Assembly: GCA_003155695.1 (NCBI GenBank)
Contig: PMDZ01000005.1
Location: forward strand, 49,913 to 113,912
Reading direction: 5' to 3'
Length of the DNA: 64,000 bases
DNA from: Candidatus Nomurabacteria bacterium
GTDB lineage: Bacteria > Patescibacteriota > Minisyncoccia > Phycocordibacterales > UBA9973
Shown here: in pieces, positions 44,888 through 54,588 of the stretch
How the letters are laid out: every line of letters begins with the position of its first letter
Position numbering within the stretch: position 1 is the stretch's first letter
Position numbers and translations under genes: made by a program
The notes under the pieces: generated by a model
What the model was told of the DNA's origin: nothing
Databases searched by the model: none
Seen by the model: the letters and a program-made list of their open reading frames with translations, nothing else

Positions 44888-46205
44888 AGAGAACCTCGTC
44901 TATCGTGCTTCCTTTTTTGTAAATAATCAGACCCTCTTCTGATTTCTCCCATACTTTTTGTAAAGCATCCAATATTCGCCAAGCCTCGAGAATTTCATCA
45001 CTGGTAGTGAACAAACTGTGGTCGGAATTCATAGCGTTGAACAATACCTGCTCATAAGCTTCCGGCAAGATATCATAGTGTTCTCTGAATTTGAAACTGA
45101 GCTTATGTTGATTCACCTTGCGTTCATAGCCCGGTTGCTTGGCCCACATGTTGAACTGAATTCCCTCTTCCGGCTGAAGTCGTAATAGCAGTTCGTTCGA
45201 TTCGCGGTCCTTGTCTTTTTTATACAAAATTCTGATTTCGGTAAACTTGTTCTTGAGTGCTTTACCTGTTGTCAGAGTTATTGGCACACCGCGCCATCTT
45301 TCGTCGTTCGACTCGAGTGTTATCGAGACAAAAGTTTCCACCCGACTATTCGGGTTATTAACCTCCGAAGTATATCCTTCGTACTGTCCACGTTTGGCAT
45401 TTCTGTCCATATCGAAAAGAACTATATGTTTAAGCGCTTCCAAACGCAAAAGAGGAACCTCGTCCAATTTATCGTCATCGGGCAATTTCATCAATGTCAG
45501 GGCCAGTAATTGCAAAAGGTGACTTTGAACATAGTCACGAAGTGCTCCCACTTGTTCATAAAAGTTTGCTCTTCCCTCTATTCCTATTTCTTCCGAGGCA
45601 ATAATTTCAATCTTTTCTATGAAATCTTTATTCCAGGTCTTTTTGAAAAGCGAATTACCGGCACGAAAGACAATAATATTCTGAGCTGTTTCTTTGGCCA
45701 TATAATGGTCCACTCGGTAAACTTGTTTCGGCAAAAAATATTTGTCGGTGTGTTTGGCTAAACTTGTCGCATTTTCCAAGTTAACTCCAAATGGTTTTTC
45801 AAGTAATAATTTTGTCTCCCCGATTACAGACAACCCCGATATTCCCAGAAATTCTATAATTGACTTTGAGACTTGTGGTGGAACCGATAGATAAAATATA
45901 TATTGGCAAGGTACGTCAAACTTTTCGGATATCTTTTTTAGGTGTTCACCTAATTTTTTATAGTCATCAATATTTGTGACATCGATTTGTTTCAAGCTCA
46001 TGTGATTGCGCAAATATTCTGCATTAGAGGTTTTCTTCAAAAGATTTTCTATTTTTATATCTGGTTGCCGAGTAAGACCGATAATGTGAAATTGCTCAGG
46101 CATCATCCCGGCATTTGCGATAGCGCCAATGGCCGGCAACAAATACCGCCTGGCTAAATCGCCGGAGATTCCAAAGATTATAAGAATTGTCGGTTTATTA
46201 TTCAT
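44877..46205 (-). CDS. zwf: Glucose-6-phosphate 1-dehydrogenase
   Basis: FGISGDLA, EKPFG, RVDHYMAKE, GALRD.VQSHLLQ, AYE. Confidence 0.94.
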   Translation of the reverse strand: MNNKPTILIIFGISGDLARRYLLPAIGAIANAGMMPEQFHIIGLTRQPDIKIENLLKKTSNAEYLRNHMSLKQIDVTNIDDYKKLGEHLKKISEKFDVPCQYIFYLSVPPQVSKSIIEFLGISGLSVIGETKLLLEKPFGVNLENATSLAKHTDKYFLPKQVYRVDHYMAKETAQNIIVFRAGNSLFKKTWNKDFIEKIEIIASEEIGIEGRANFYEQVGALRDYVQSHLLQLLALTLMKLPDDDKLDEVPLLRLEALKHIVLFDMDRNAKRGQYEGYTSEVNNPNSRVETFVSITLESNDERWRGVPITLTTGKALKNKFTEIRILYKKDKDRESNELLLRLQPEEGIQFNMWAKQPGYERKVNQHKLSFKFREHYDILPEAYEQVLFNAMNSDHSLFTTSDEILEAWRILDALQKVWEKSEEGLIIYKKGSTIDEVLSNE

Positions 46206-47117
46206 TTATTTTTCTTGATTATTTATTTTATGTCCACCAAAAGCGTTTCTCATTGAAGCCAATAATTTTGTGGCAAAATTAACTTTGCCTTTTTGTGAAT
46301 CAAGTCGAACGTCAAATGAAGTTTGGATGGCTTTCATCTCGATATTAAAATCTTTCGCCACTTCAAGCGCCCACTTCGCTTCGCCACTCTCGGCGACACT
46401 TCCTTCCACATTATTTTGTCCGGGATTTTCTTTCATAATGTCTTTTGTAAGTTCATTCAGCCATGAAGTGATAACACTGTGATGTTGCCAAACCTCTCCG
46501 ACTTTGTATAAATCCAAATTTTTGTATGGACCTTCTTTGAGCAATCTGTATCCTTCAGCCAGGCTTTCCATCATACCATACTCGATAGCATTGTGAACCA
46601 TTTTGACGTAGTGTCCAGAACCGCTTTCTCCGAAATGTGCGTACATTCCTTCCGGATTCTTAAGAGTCTCAAGCACCGTCTTGATAATTTCAACTGCTTG
46701 GCTATCACCTCCCACCATCATCGAAAATCCGTTTTGATAACCCCAAATACCTCCACTCGTGCCAATATCAATGAGGACCGAACCGCTATTTTTCACAATC
46801 TCTGCTCTTCTTTTCGTATCGCTCCATTTGGAATTCCCGCCATCAATAAGAACACTGCCCTTCGGTACAAGTTTAAGCCAAGTTTCAAGTTCACTGTCAA
46901 CAATATCTGCTGGCACCATGAGCCAAATAATTACTTTGTCAGTTCCAAAAGCCGAAATGACTTCTTTTTTCGTATAAGCACCAATCATTCCAAACTTTTT
47001 CATTTCATCTATAGGGGCAGGACTTCTGTTTGAAGCAATAACAATATGCCCCCCTTCGTGGAGTTTACGGACAATCTGCGAACCCATTCTTCCTAGACCA
47101 TAAATTGCTATTTTCAT
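46206..47117 (-). CDS. gnd: 6-phosphogluconate dehydrogenase (short form)
   Basis: GLGRMG, IDGGNS, GTSGG, GHYVKMVHNAIEYG, MRNAFGGH. Confidence 0.95.
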   Translation of the reverse strand: MKIAIYGLGRMGSQIVRKLHEGGHIVIASNRSPAPIDEMKKFGMIGAYTKKEVISAFGTDKVIIWLMVPADIVDSELETWLKLVPKGSVLIDGGNSKWSDTKRRAEIVKNSGSVLIDIGTSGGIWGYQNGFSMMVGGDSQAVEIIKTVLETLKNPEGMYAHFGESGSGHYVKMVHNAIEYGMMESLAEGYRLLKEGPYKNLDLYKVGEVWQHHSVITSWLNELTKDIMKENPGQNNVEGSVAESGEAKWALEVAKDFNIEMKAIQTSFDVRLDSQKGKVNFATKLLASMRNAFGGHKINNQEK

Positions 47118-47125
47118 ATATTTTT

Positions 47126-47206
47126 TAAGCGAAACAAATTATATCATGAAAAAATGTCTGACATTACACTCATCCAGTTTTTTCAGGATATAATTTGTGT
47201 AGCTTA
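47126..47206. repeat. Long palindromic element (related to 34581-34674)
   Basis: taagc-GAA-acaaattatatc.tgaaaaaatgtctg...ctcatcc..ttttttca.gatataatttgt-GTA-gctta. Confidence 0.78.
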
Positions 47207-47209
47207 GTT

Positions 47210-47872
47210 TCAGTTATAATCGGTAAAAATTGTTAGTAATGGAACTTTTTTTAATATCTGGGCCGGTTGTTTTATTATCTCAATATCATTCTCTACTAAA
47301 TCTTTCACCACTCCCCATTTCTCCTCACCTTGCATCCAAACTACTGCTTCATCAAGTTTTTCTATCGTCCTTGGAGTTATAGTGATGCGAACAAATATTG
47401 GTGTATCATAACTAGCAGCTAAATCTTGGCTCTCTACTGCAACACTTCCTGGTAATATTCCGGCAGTGTGCCCATCTTTGCCAATTCCGAACAAACCAAT
47501 TTTATAATCAGCAATTTTAAATTGTTGGTCAAGAACAATATTAAACTTTTGAGTTGTCGAAATTATACCTTCCCCTATCAAAATGGGAACAAATATCGCT
47601 CCCGGTACGTTGAAACCATTTTTAACTAGTCTGTACCAATTTGAATTTTCATGTTTAAGTGGACCATATCTCTCATCTGTCAGCATTACAGTCAAATTAC
47701 TAAGAGATTTATCTGCAAGCAACTCCGCAACTTTTGATGCGACAGCAATAGATGAACCACCAGTCGCAAAAAATAAAACCTTTTTCCCTTCCGAAAGCCC
47801 TTTGATAATAGAATCAGCAATAAAGTTTGCCGGGTCTTCTACTTTTGTTGTTGTTTTGATATTTAAATCCAT
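47210..47872 (-). CDS. pgl: 6-phosphogluconolactonase (Pgl/NagB fold)
   Basis: TGGSS, DERY, GIG.DGHTAGI.PG, RIT.T; clustered with gnd and zwf; start moved to MDLNIK. Confidence 0.85.
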   Translation of the reverse strand: MDLNIKTTTKVEDPANFIADSIIKGLSEGKKVLFFATGGSSIAVASKVAELLADKSLSNLTVMLTDERYGPLKHENSNWYRLVKNGFNVPGAIFVPILIGEGIISTTQKFNIVLDQQFKIADYKIGLFGIGKDGHTAGILPGSVAVESQDLAASYDTPIFVRITITPRTIEKLDEAVVWMQGEEKWGVVKDLVENDIEIIKQPAQILKKVPLLTIFTDYN

Positions 47873-47965
47873 GAACATATTATACAAAATACTGTGGGAA
47901 TATCATAGCCACAAAAATCAGGCAAAATTAAAACAGCAAGTTTTTATCTTGCTATTTTAATAAAT

Positions 47966-48223
47966 TTAGTTTAAATTTGTTGCTGACATTTCTTTCAAAG
48001 TTTCTAGATCTGGTTTCTTTTCCATTGGGATATTGTTCTTGATGTAAAAATCCTTTTCCCCTGAGCCTGCCACATTTAAAGCTCTTTTACGATCTTCATA
48101 CCATTTCATTACTGTAACTCCAGGATTCATCTTTTGATATTCTTTGTATAATTCTTTTTCTTCTTGACTCAAATTAATAATTTCTTGTTGTGTAGTTGTA
48201 TCTTGTGTTGATAAATTTTCCAT
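47966..48223 (-). CDS. Hypothetical hydrophilic protein
   Basis: ORF from MENLSTQ, fills an intergenic gap. Confidence 0.5.
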   Translation of the reverse strand: MENLSTQDTTTQQEIINLSQEEKELYKEYQKMNPGVTVMKWYEDRKRALNVAGSGEKDFYIKNNIPMEKKPDLETLKEMSATNLN

Positions 48224-48303
48224 ATTATATTTTTCTGTTATTAATAATGAGCCTATTGTACAAAAAATAGGGGAAATAATCAATGTTTTAAAAATGATAA
48301 TTT

Positions 48304-48438
48304 TTATCTCCCATGCTTGTTCTTTGACCTCTGGATTGGTGGGTTTTTCATAACCAACTCCTTTTTCGCATCGGTTTTAATTTTGACCGGAAGCGGAATC
48401 ATTGCTTTCACATTTCTTTCTCTTATATTTTTTTTCAT
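48304..48438 (-). CDS. 44 aa basic small protein absent from the ORF track
   Basis: MKKNIRERNVKAMIPLPVKIKTDAKKELVMKNPPIQRSKNKHGR; TGgTATTAT 6 nt before the ATG. Confidence 0.55.
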   Translation of the reverse strand: MKKNIRERNVKAMIPLPVKIKTDAKKELVMKNPPIQRSKNKHGR

Positions 48439-48465
48439 ATATTTATAATACCATTTTTATAATAA

Positions 48466-48705
48466 TTAATCTTCAATTCTTTTTCCCCATTGCCACTTCG
48501 GTTTCTCACCTTTTTTATAACAAATATATATTAATACACCCGTAAATATGAATATGAAAAACAAATTTTTTAACCCTTCATGATCCATCTTCACCATTCC
48601 AAAAGCAAATAGCACCACCCAAACAAGTATAACTACCCAACCTTCCCAGGATGCAGGGTACCACCCGAAACCGTATAATTTTCTTCTAAACCATTTCTTT
48701 TCCAT
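48466..48705 (-). CDS. Small two-TM Trp-rich membrane protein
   Basis: WF.RK.YG.GWYP.SWEGW...KGEKPKWQWG. Confidence 0.75.
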   Translation of the reverse strand: MEKKWFRRKLYGFGWYPASWEGWVVILVWVVLFAFGMVKMDHEGLKNLFFIFIFTGVLIYICYKKGEKPKWQWGKRIED

Positions 48706-48733
48706 ACTTTATATCATATCAAATTCGGTGAAA

Positions 48734-49762
48734 TTAATCATTCCACTTCCCTTTGAATTTTCCGCCGAATTTTAATCCGGTTTGGAGAAATATTCCGGCT
48801 TCTTTCACCGAGCTCTCGGAATCAAGCAGTGTCGAATAAGCACCAGCTTGGTCGCCTTTATTCTCATGTTCATTTGCGTCATATAAAAACTGTTTGGCTC
48901 TATTTAGGGTTTGGTTCGTGCTTTCAATAATTTCTTGGCTCGATGCTGATGGCTTAGCTGAAGCACGATCGAGCTCGGTCGTTGTTTTATCAATCAAAGA
49001 TTGAATAGCTTCTTTCCTTCTTTTATAATTATCTAATTTGTTTTGTATTTTATTTTCGGTTTTTATTTCATCATTTTTGGAGATGTTTGTAATTAAATCG
49101 GCATTATCTCTAGCTGTCTTTGAAATCTGAATATCATTATATTGTCCGTTTTGGTCATATTCTTTTTTCCCACTTAGGATGTCCAGCACTTGGGCATGAG
49201 CGTTCATATTCGCATGAAAATTGGTGATGAGATCTTCGCTCTGTCCAATTGACCCTGTTGTTGATTCTATTTTATCAACCTTGTTAAGGGCGTTGTTTAA
49301 AGATGCCGTGTGTCTTTCCAGGAGGTTGTTAAGGCGGTTTTCGATTGGCTGGTTAAGTTTACCTTCGCCTGCAAGGGTCTCAGCCTCAACCATACGCTTT
49401 GTAGCAAGGTTACTTTCATATACGGCTTTAGCTTTAGGTGAAAATGTCAAAGCTCCGCGAATCGGTTCAACAATACTGACTTTGATTGGGTATAAAATGC
49501 TGTTTGGTAAACTGTCCTCGGAGGCAAAAGCAATACCTCCACTTGCAAGTATTATAATTAAAGGTACGACAACATAATATGCCAAACGGGTTTTCTTAAT
49601 TCTCGCTATGAATGAGTAATTAAACCATGGACTTCGTATAGATTCTTGAGATGAAGAAATTTTAGAATTTACTACATATTCAAACACCCGCTTCTTTTCT
49701 AAGGCGGTCATTTTAATTTTTTTGATTTCTTCAATTGAATTTTGTAAATTATTGTCTTTCAT
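48734..49762 (-). CDS. Putative anti-sigma factor with DUF5667-like domain
   Basis: Downstream of ECF sigma; one TM then SLP.S.LYPIK...E, R..EAE.L, helical C-terminus. Confidence 0.7.
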   Translation of the reverse strand: MKDNNLQNSIEEIKKIKMTALEKKRVFEYVVNSKISSSQESIRSPWFNYSFIARIKKTRLAYYVVVPLIIILASGGIAFASEDSLPNSILYPIKVSIVEPIRGALTFSPKAKAVYESNLATKRMVEAETLAGEGKLNQPIENRLNNLLERHTASLNNALNKVDKIESTTGSIGQSEDLITNFHANMNAHAQVLDILSGKKEYDQNGQYNDIQISKTARDNADLITNISKNDEIKTENKIQNKLDNYKRRKEAIQSLIDKTTTELDRASAKPSASSQEIIESTNQTLNRAKQFLYDANEHENKGDQAGAYSTLLDSESSVKEAGIFLQTGLKFGGKFKGKWND

Positions 49763-49817
49763 CCCATTAGAAAATTTAAATGATAATATTTTTCTTTTCT
49801 TCCCGTAAGTCGATTTT

Positions 49818-50333
49818 CTAACGGGACAAGTATTTTTTTCTTAATTCTTCGAGCCCACGATTAATTCGAACCGAGGCGGCATTCGTTGATATTCCCAAAA
49901 TTTCCCCTATCTCCGGTGGCGATAAATCTTCACCATAGCGGAGATAAACCGGATCACGATAGGATGGAGAAAGTTCATTTATTTTATCCATCAGATATCT
50001 GCCCTCGGCCGAAGTGGAAAGATTAATTTCTGTTGTCTTCTCATCAACGACATCGATTTCCTTATCATCTTTGGAGAAAATTTTATCCCAGGACAAACTT
50101 TTCTTTTTCCGATACCAATCAATGACAAGTCGGTGAGCTATTGTGAAGAGGAATGCCCGACTATTTTGGATATCTTCACCTTTCTTTAAACTTTGCCATA
50201 ATCGTAGGAATGTCTCTTGGGTTATGTCCAAAGATTGCTCTCGGCTAGACACCCGAACCAAACAAAACCGAAATATAGCATCCGATTCCTTCTCATATAT
50301 TGTTTCAAATGTATGATTCATGTCTACTTCCAT
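49818..50333 (-). CDS. ECF RNA polymerase sigma factor (3)
   Basis: DITQETFLRLW, RAFLF.IA..LVIDWYRKKK, EIGEILG.S.NA.SVRINRG. Confidence 0.93.
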   Translation of the reverse strand: MEVDMNHTFETIYEKESDAIFRFCLVRVSSREQSLDITQETFLRLWQSLKKGEDIQNSRAFLFTIAHRLVIDWYRKKKSLSWDKIFSKDDKEIDVVDEKTTEINLSTSAEGRYLMDKINELSPSYRDPVYLRYGEDLSPPEIGEILGISTNAASVRINRGLEELRKKYLSR

Positions 50334-50339
50334 ATATTA

Positions 50340-50365
50340 AGACGCACAAGCGCCTGATTTCTTAC
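50340..50365 (-). promoter_or_regulatory. Putative ECF autoregulatory promoter (leaderless start)
   Basis: GTAAGAAA-11 nt-TGCGTCT, 6 nt before the sigma ATG. Confidence 0.65.
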
Positions 50366-50410
50366 TTTACGCATATATTTAAACTACAACAAATACATAT
50401 TAATGTCTAT

Positions 50411-50437
50411 GTAAGAAAACCTCTACATCCTGCGTCT
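50411..50437 (+). promoter_or_regulatory. Putative ECF promoter for divergent target gene
   Basis: GTAAGAAA-12 nt-TGCGTCT. Confidence 0.65.
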
Positions 50438-50481
50438 ACTTAAATGTAAGGTCGCAATTTAAAAAATAATTATAAAATATA

Positions 50482-51528
50482 ATGAAAATATTAAAATCAA
50501 TCGGTCTAATGTCGCTTATCTTCACAACTGTTCTAATTGGGTTTGGGAGCTCTATCGCTCAAGCCGCAACTTATACAGTTGCCGATGTCGCGGCACACAA
50601 CACATCCACGGATTGTTGGGTTATAATAAATAATAATGTTTACGATTTAACGGATTTCATCACATCTCATTCAGGCGGAGCTTCAGTTATTGATGCTCAA
50701 TGCGGGAAAAATGGTACGGCATCATTCAATAGCGGGCCACACTCGGCAAGTGCATTGAGTGCTTTAAGTTCTTACTTATTGGGACCGTTGACAGTAGTGT
50801 CCCCAATACTTACAAGTTTGACAGTCATTCCGACTGCTCCAACGGTAATAATTGGTGGAACAATTCACTTAAATGCTACTCCTAAAAATCAAAATGGGGG
50901 GGCATTTATAGGAGCAACAACTACGTTCTCCTCCAGTAACACCGCTATTGCCACGGTTGGTAATACAAGTGGAATAGTTACAGGGGTCGCAATTGGAACT
51001 GCAACAATTACAGTATCCTCGACTAGTGGAAATATAACTGTCACCAAGACATCAATCGTAACAGTTACAGATGTAGCGCCGACATTGGTGCTTGATAGTG
51101 TTAAAATCACACCGGCTTCCCCTTCGGTTCAAATCGGTAAAACGGTTCAATTAACCGCCAAGGATAAGAATCAAAATGGCGGAAATTTTACCGGAGCAGA
51201 TACAACGTTCCACTCAAGTGATACAGGAATTGCCACAGTTGATAGTTCAACCGGCAAAGTCACAGGAGTCGCCGTCGGAAATGCCACGATTACCGCAACT
51301 TCAACTTATGGAAGTAAAGAAGTTAAAGGAACTGTGATTGTTAAAGTAGTTGATACAACTATTAAAACAATCAATACCGATAACAATGGGAAACATTTGG
51401 GTCAATTCAAAAATTGGTTCAGGAATTGGTTTAAGAACCATCACTTTGGCAAAAGAATTGGTTTCGGTTTTGGAGAGAAGAATAACCATCAAAATAACAA
51501 CAACGACAACGAAGGAAATGACAATTAA
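50482..51528 (+). CDS. Secreted protein: cytochrome b5-like heme-binding domain plus two Ig-like (Big_2) domains
   Basis: Signal peptide; HN...DCWVII..VYDLT.F...HSGG...CG...T..F...H; two SS.T.IATV...G.VTGVA.G.ATIT repeats. Confidence 0.85.
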   Translation: MKILKSIGLMSLIFTTVLIGFGSSIAQAATYTVADVAAHNTSTDCWVIINNNVYDLTDFITSHSGGASVIDAQCGKNGTASFNSGPHSASALSALSSYLLGPLTVVSPILTSLTVIPTAPTVIIGGTIHLNATPKNQNGGAFIGATTTFSSSNTAIATVGNTSGIVTGVAIGTATITVSSTSGNITVTKTSIVTVTDVAPTLVLDSVKITPASPSVQIGKTVQLTAKDKNQNGGNFTGADTTFHSSDTGIATVDSSTGKVTGVAVGNATITATSTYGSKEVKGTVIVKVVDTTIKTINTDNNGKHLGQFKNWFRNWFKNHHFGKRIGFGFGEKNNHQNNNNDNEGNDN

Positions 51529-51561
51529 TAATAACAAACAACTAAACTAAAATAATCGACA

Positions 51562-51607
51562 AAATAAAAATCATCTCTCTGCTTTAAACGGGAGATGATT
51601 TTTATTT
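51562..51607 (+). terminator. Intrinsic terminator
   Basis: AAAAATCATCTC...GAGATGATTTTT inverted repeat. Confidence 0.7.
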
Positions 51608-51691
51608 GTTCATCTTCAATTAATGCTAATATAATATAATTCCAAAGCATATGGTGATGCAATCGATAATTATTCATTTTTAATCCAATAT

Positions 51692-52144
51692 ATGCTTAAT
51701 ATAAAAACAATTGCTCCAAACTTTAAACTTCTAGACCAAAGCGGTGTAGAGCGTTCGCTTAGCGACCACCGAGGTTCTTATGTACTTGTTTATTTTTACC
51801 CCAAGGACGATACGGCAGGCTGTACCAAAGAAGCCTGTAGCATTCGTGATGTATACGGTGATTTCCAAAGCAATGGCGTTGTCGTTTTCGGCATTAGTTC
51901 CGACTCGATTGAAAGCCACAAAAAGTTCGCCGAAAAATATAAGTTGCCGTTTACTTTATTGTCCGACTCTAAAAAAGAAGTAATCAAAATCTATGGCGCG
52001 AATAGCACTCTAGGAACCAAACGGATTTCTTATTTGGTTGGCCCAAGTGGGTTGATAGAAAAAGTTTACCCTAACGTCAACCCGGCCCATCACGGGGCCG
52101 AAATACTGAAGGATATTTATGCGCTCAAAGATAATATAAAATGA
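51692..52144 (+). CDS. bcp: Peroxiredoxin Bcp/PrxQ
   Basis: YFYPKDDTAGCTKEAC, GISSD, F.LLSD. Confidence 0.93.
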   Translation: MLNIKTIAPNFKLLDQSGVERSLSDHRGSYVLVYFYPKDDTAGCTKEACSIRDVYGDFQSNGVVVFGISSDSIESHKKFAEKYKLPFTLLSDSKKEVIKIYGANSTLGTKRISYLVGPSGLIEKVYPNVNPAHHGAEILKDIYALKDNIK

Positions 52145-52151
52145 GAAAAAT

Positions 52152-52673
52152 CTAGACAATACTTGTCGTATCATACCCCAATTCTTTGGCTCGGGAAATG
52201 GCTTTTTTAAAAAAATAAAACCAATGGTCATAATCTTTATTTTGATTTATCACTTTCCATCCGGAAAAAATTTCCTCGCTTGTCGCCCAGGCTAATTCAA
52301 ACTTTTCGTGTTCTTCCAATTTAGTCGGTTGTAAATTTGCGCTTTTTAGTATTACCAAAAAACAAGTAGCAAGAGCCACTCTGTTTATTTCCTTATTCCT
52401 ATTAAAATAATGCGTTAAAACTTTATCTACTTTTTCAATATGTAAAAAATCGTTTAAGCCACTCTCTTCAATTAATTCTCTCAATACTCCCTCTTCCTCA
52501 CTCTCTCCTTCATTAAAACCGCCACCATACAGACCCAATATTCCATTTTTTAAATTTTTGTATACGGCATATTTTTGTGTTTCCGGATTAAAGACAACAG
52601 AGCATCCGCCGTCGCGCCGCTCTTCATTCTCTCTTTTTATCCCGAATTCTAGTATCCCTTCTGTAACATCCAT
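52152..52673 (-). CDS. NUDIX hydrolase
   Basis: GGG..EGESEEE..LRELIEESG Nudix box. Confidence 0.82.
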   Translation of the reverse strand: MDVTEGILEFGIKRENEERRDGGCSVVFNPETQKYAVYKNLKNGILGLYGGGFNEGESEEEGVLRELIEESGLNDFLHIEKVDKVLTHYFNRNKEINRVALATCFLVILKSANLQPTKLEEHEKFELAWATSEEIFSGWKVINQNKDYDHWFYFFKKAISRAKELGYDTTSIV

Positions 52674-52715
52674 GCCATTTATATTATCACGAATATTTTT
52701 AATTAAAAATACAAA

Positions 52716-53879
52716 CTAATCATTTTTTGATTTAGTTAAAGAAAGAACAACCAAACCAATGATGATGAAAATTATGCTGATAAAGAAAGCTGTTCCCGAG
52801 CCAAATCTTTGCCAGATAAATCCTCCACCGATGCCGGCGATAAGCGCTCCGAAACCGGAAACGGCATTGACGAGCCCATAGGCTCCTCCACGATTCTCTT
52901 CTTCGGTCAGCATGGCAGCATATGAACGCTGGACTCCGTCGGTTAGTGCCGGGAAAATTCCAAGGACAAGAAAGCCGACGACGAGGAGCAGAAGTGATTT
53001 ATCAAATAGAAGAATTATATAACTCGCAATAAGAAACAGATAACCGGTAAAAATTATTTTCTTCGGTCCTAATTTATCACTCAACTTTCCACCGCTAATA
53101 GAAAATCCGGAATATGAGATATTATAAAGCACATAAAAAAGAGGTATAGAAGCCAGAGTCAACCCGATACTTTGAGTTTTAAGGAGCATAACAGCCACAG
53201 GCAAACTTCCAACAGAAAGAATAAATAGAGCAAGAAGATAAATTTTGAATCCCTTCGGGAAAAGAGCCAGCGAGGCCAAAGTCATTTTTTTCTTTTTATA
53301 GTTGCCAATGACATCGGTGATAAACAATGTCGCTCCGACAGCCAGTATACCGGCAATAAAAGCCGTAATAAATACTTTATTAAAACCCGTTGGAAATCGT
53401 CTTAAAATGAGATAGGCAATCAAAGGCCCTACAATCGCCCCAGCTGTATCCATAGCCCGATGATAGCCAAATGATTTACCCAGCTCTTCTTGGGGCGAAG
53501 AGAGAGAAATAATGGCATCTCTGGGTCCTTCACGTAATCCTTTGCCGACTCTATCGGCCAGACGGATGCCAACAACTCCAGCGACCGACGAAACGAGAAG
53601 GTATATCGGGCGGGTGATGACGGAAAGTAGATAGCCCGAAACGATAAATGGTTTACGTTTCTGTATTTTATCTGAAAGGCTCCCGGCGTATATTTTTATA
53701 AAATTTGCTCCGGCTTCGGCCACCCCTTCAACCAGGCCAAGTGATGCTGCTCCGGCTTTTAACACCGAAGTGAAAAATGCCGGTAGAACGGAAAGAATCA
53801 TCTCGGAAGAAAGGTCATTCAAAAAACTGACAACACCGAGTAGAAATATATTTTTCTGCAAGCCAAATATCTTTTTCAT
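52716..53879 (-). CDS. MFS transporter
   Basis: SFLND.SSEM, G.LSDK..KRK, DRVGKG.R..PRDA, FG.HRAMD. Confidence 0.9.
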   Translation of the reverse strand: MKKIFGLQKNIFLLGVVSFLNDLSSEMILSVLPAFFTSVLKAGAASLGLVEGVAEAGANFIKIYAGSLSDKIQKRKPFIVSGYLLSVITRPIYLLVSSVAGVVGIRLADRVGKGLREGPRDAIISLSSPQEELGKSFGYHRAMDTAGAIVGPLIAYLILRRFPTGFNKVFITAFIAGILAVGATLFITDVIGNYKKKKMTLASLALFPKGFKIYLLALFILSVGSLPVAVMLLKTQSIGLTLASIPLFYVLYNISYSGFSISGGKLSDKLGPKKIIFTGYLFLIASYIILLFDKSLLLLVVGFLVLGIFPALTDGVQRSYAAMLTEEENRGGAYGLVNAVSGFGALIAGIGGGFIWQRFGSGTAFFISIIFIIIGLVVLSLTKSKND

Positions 53880-53913
53880 GATATGAACTCAATAACAAAC
53901 GGAAATTTTAAAT

Positions 53914-54531
53914 TTAAAATCCTAAATCTTCATCGACTAAAATCATTCTCACCTTCCTTCCCAACATCGGATTTTCTCCATTGAACGTCACAATTTTGTT
54001 TGGTGTTGTTCCAACGCCGTATTTTTCTTTCATATGTTTATCCTCGAGAGGTACGACATATTCCATCAAGCGATTCATTGCATCGGCAAGTGTCGGAACA
54101 ATTTTCTTTGTGCTAACAACAAAAATGAGATTCGGCGAGGTGAAAACTATATGCGGCAGTTGGCTTCCGGTATTGGAAGCAATAACAAACTCGCCAGTCT
54201 CCACAAGAGCGTGGACACTTCCCAGATAGTAATCGGAGAGTACAGCTTGTTTGCGTAATTGTGATTGCTTAGATGGGTCCTTTTCGGCGATTATCGCCTC
54301 ATGTAGATTATTCCAGCCGTGTTCTCCCAGTTTTAGATAATCGACAAAGCCAATTTGTTCGAGTGTGACCGATGAACCATTCATAACCGACGCGCCCTTC
54401 GGGATAAGCTCTTTTATTTTTGCAAGCGCCAGAGAACCATTTTCCACTATCAACGCTTCGACATTTCTTTTGCCGAGTGCCTCTACAACTTTTTCCACAA
54501 TCTCTTTACTTGCCAATGTATTATATTGCAT
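53914..54531 (-). CDS. LUD (lactate utilisation) domain protein
   Basis: GSSVTL.QIG, DYYL.SVHA..E.G, TGSQ, KIVP.L..A..R. Confidence 0.82.
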   Translation of the reverse strand: MQYNTLASKEIVEKVVEALGKRNVEALIVENGSLALAKIKELIPKGASVMNGSSVTLEQIGFVDYLKLGEHGWNNLHEAIIAEKDPSKQSQLRKQAVLSDYYLGSVHALVETGEFVIASNTGSQLPHIVFTSPNLIFVVSTKKIVPTLADAMNRLMEYVVPLEDKHMKEKYGVGTTPNKIVTFNGENPMLGRKVRMILVDEDLGF

Positions 54532-54588
54532 AAATAAAAAAACTTATTATAATTAAATCGACATTACTATTATTTTATTATATCAAAT

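Noticed and set aside
51470-51550. AAC/AAT-rich run as a functional DNA repeat
   Set aside because: Explained by the Asn-rich C-terminal tail of the b5-Ig protein
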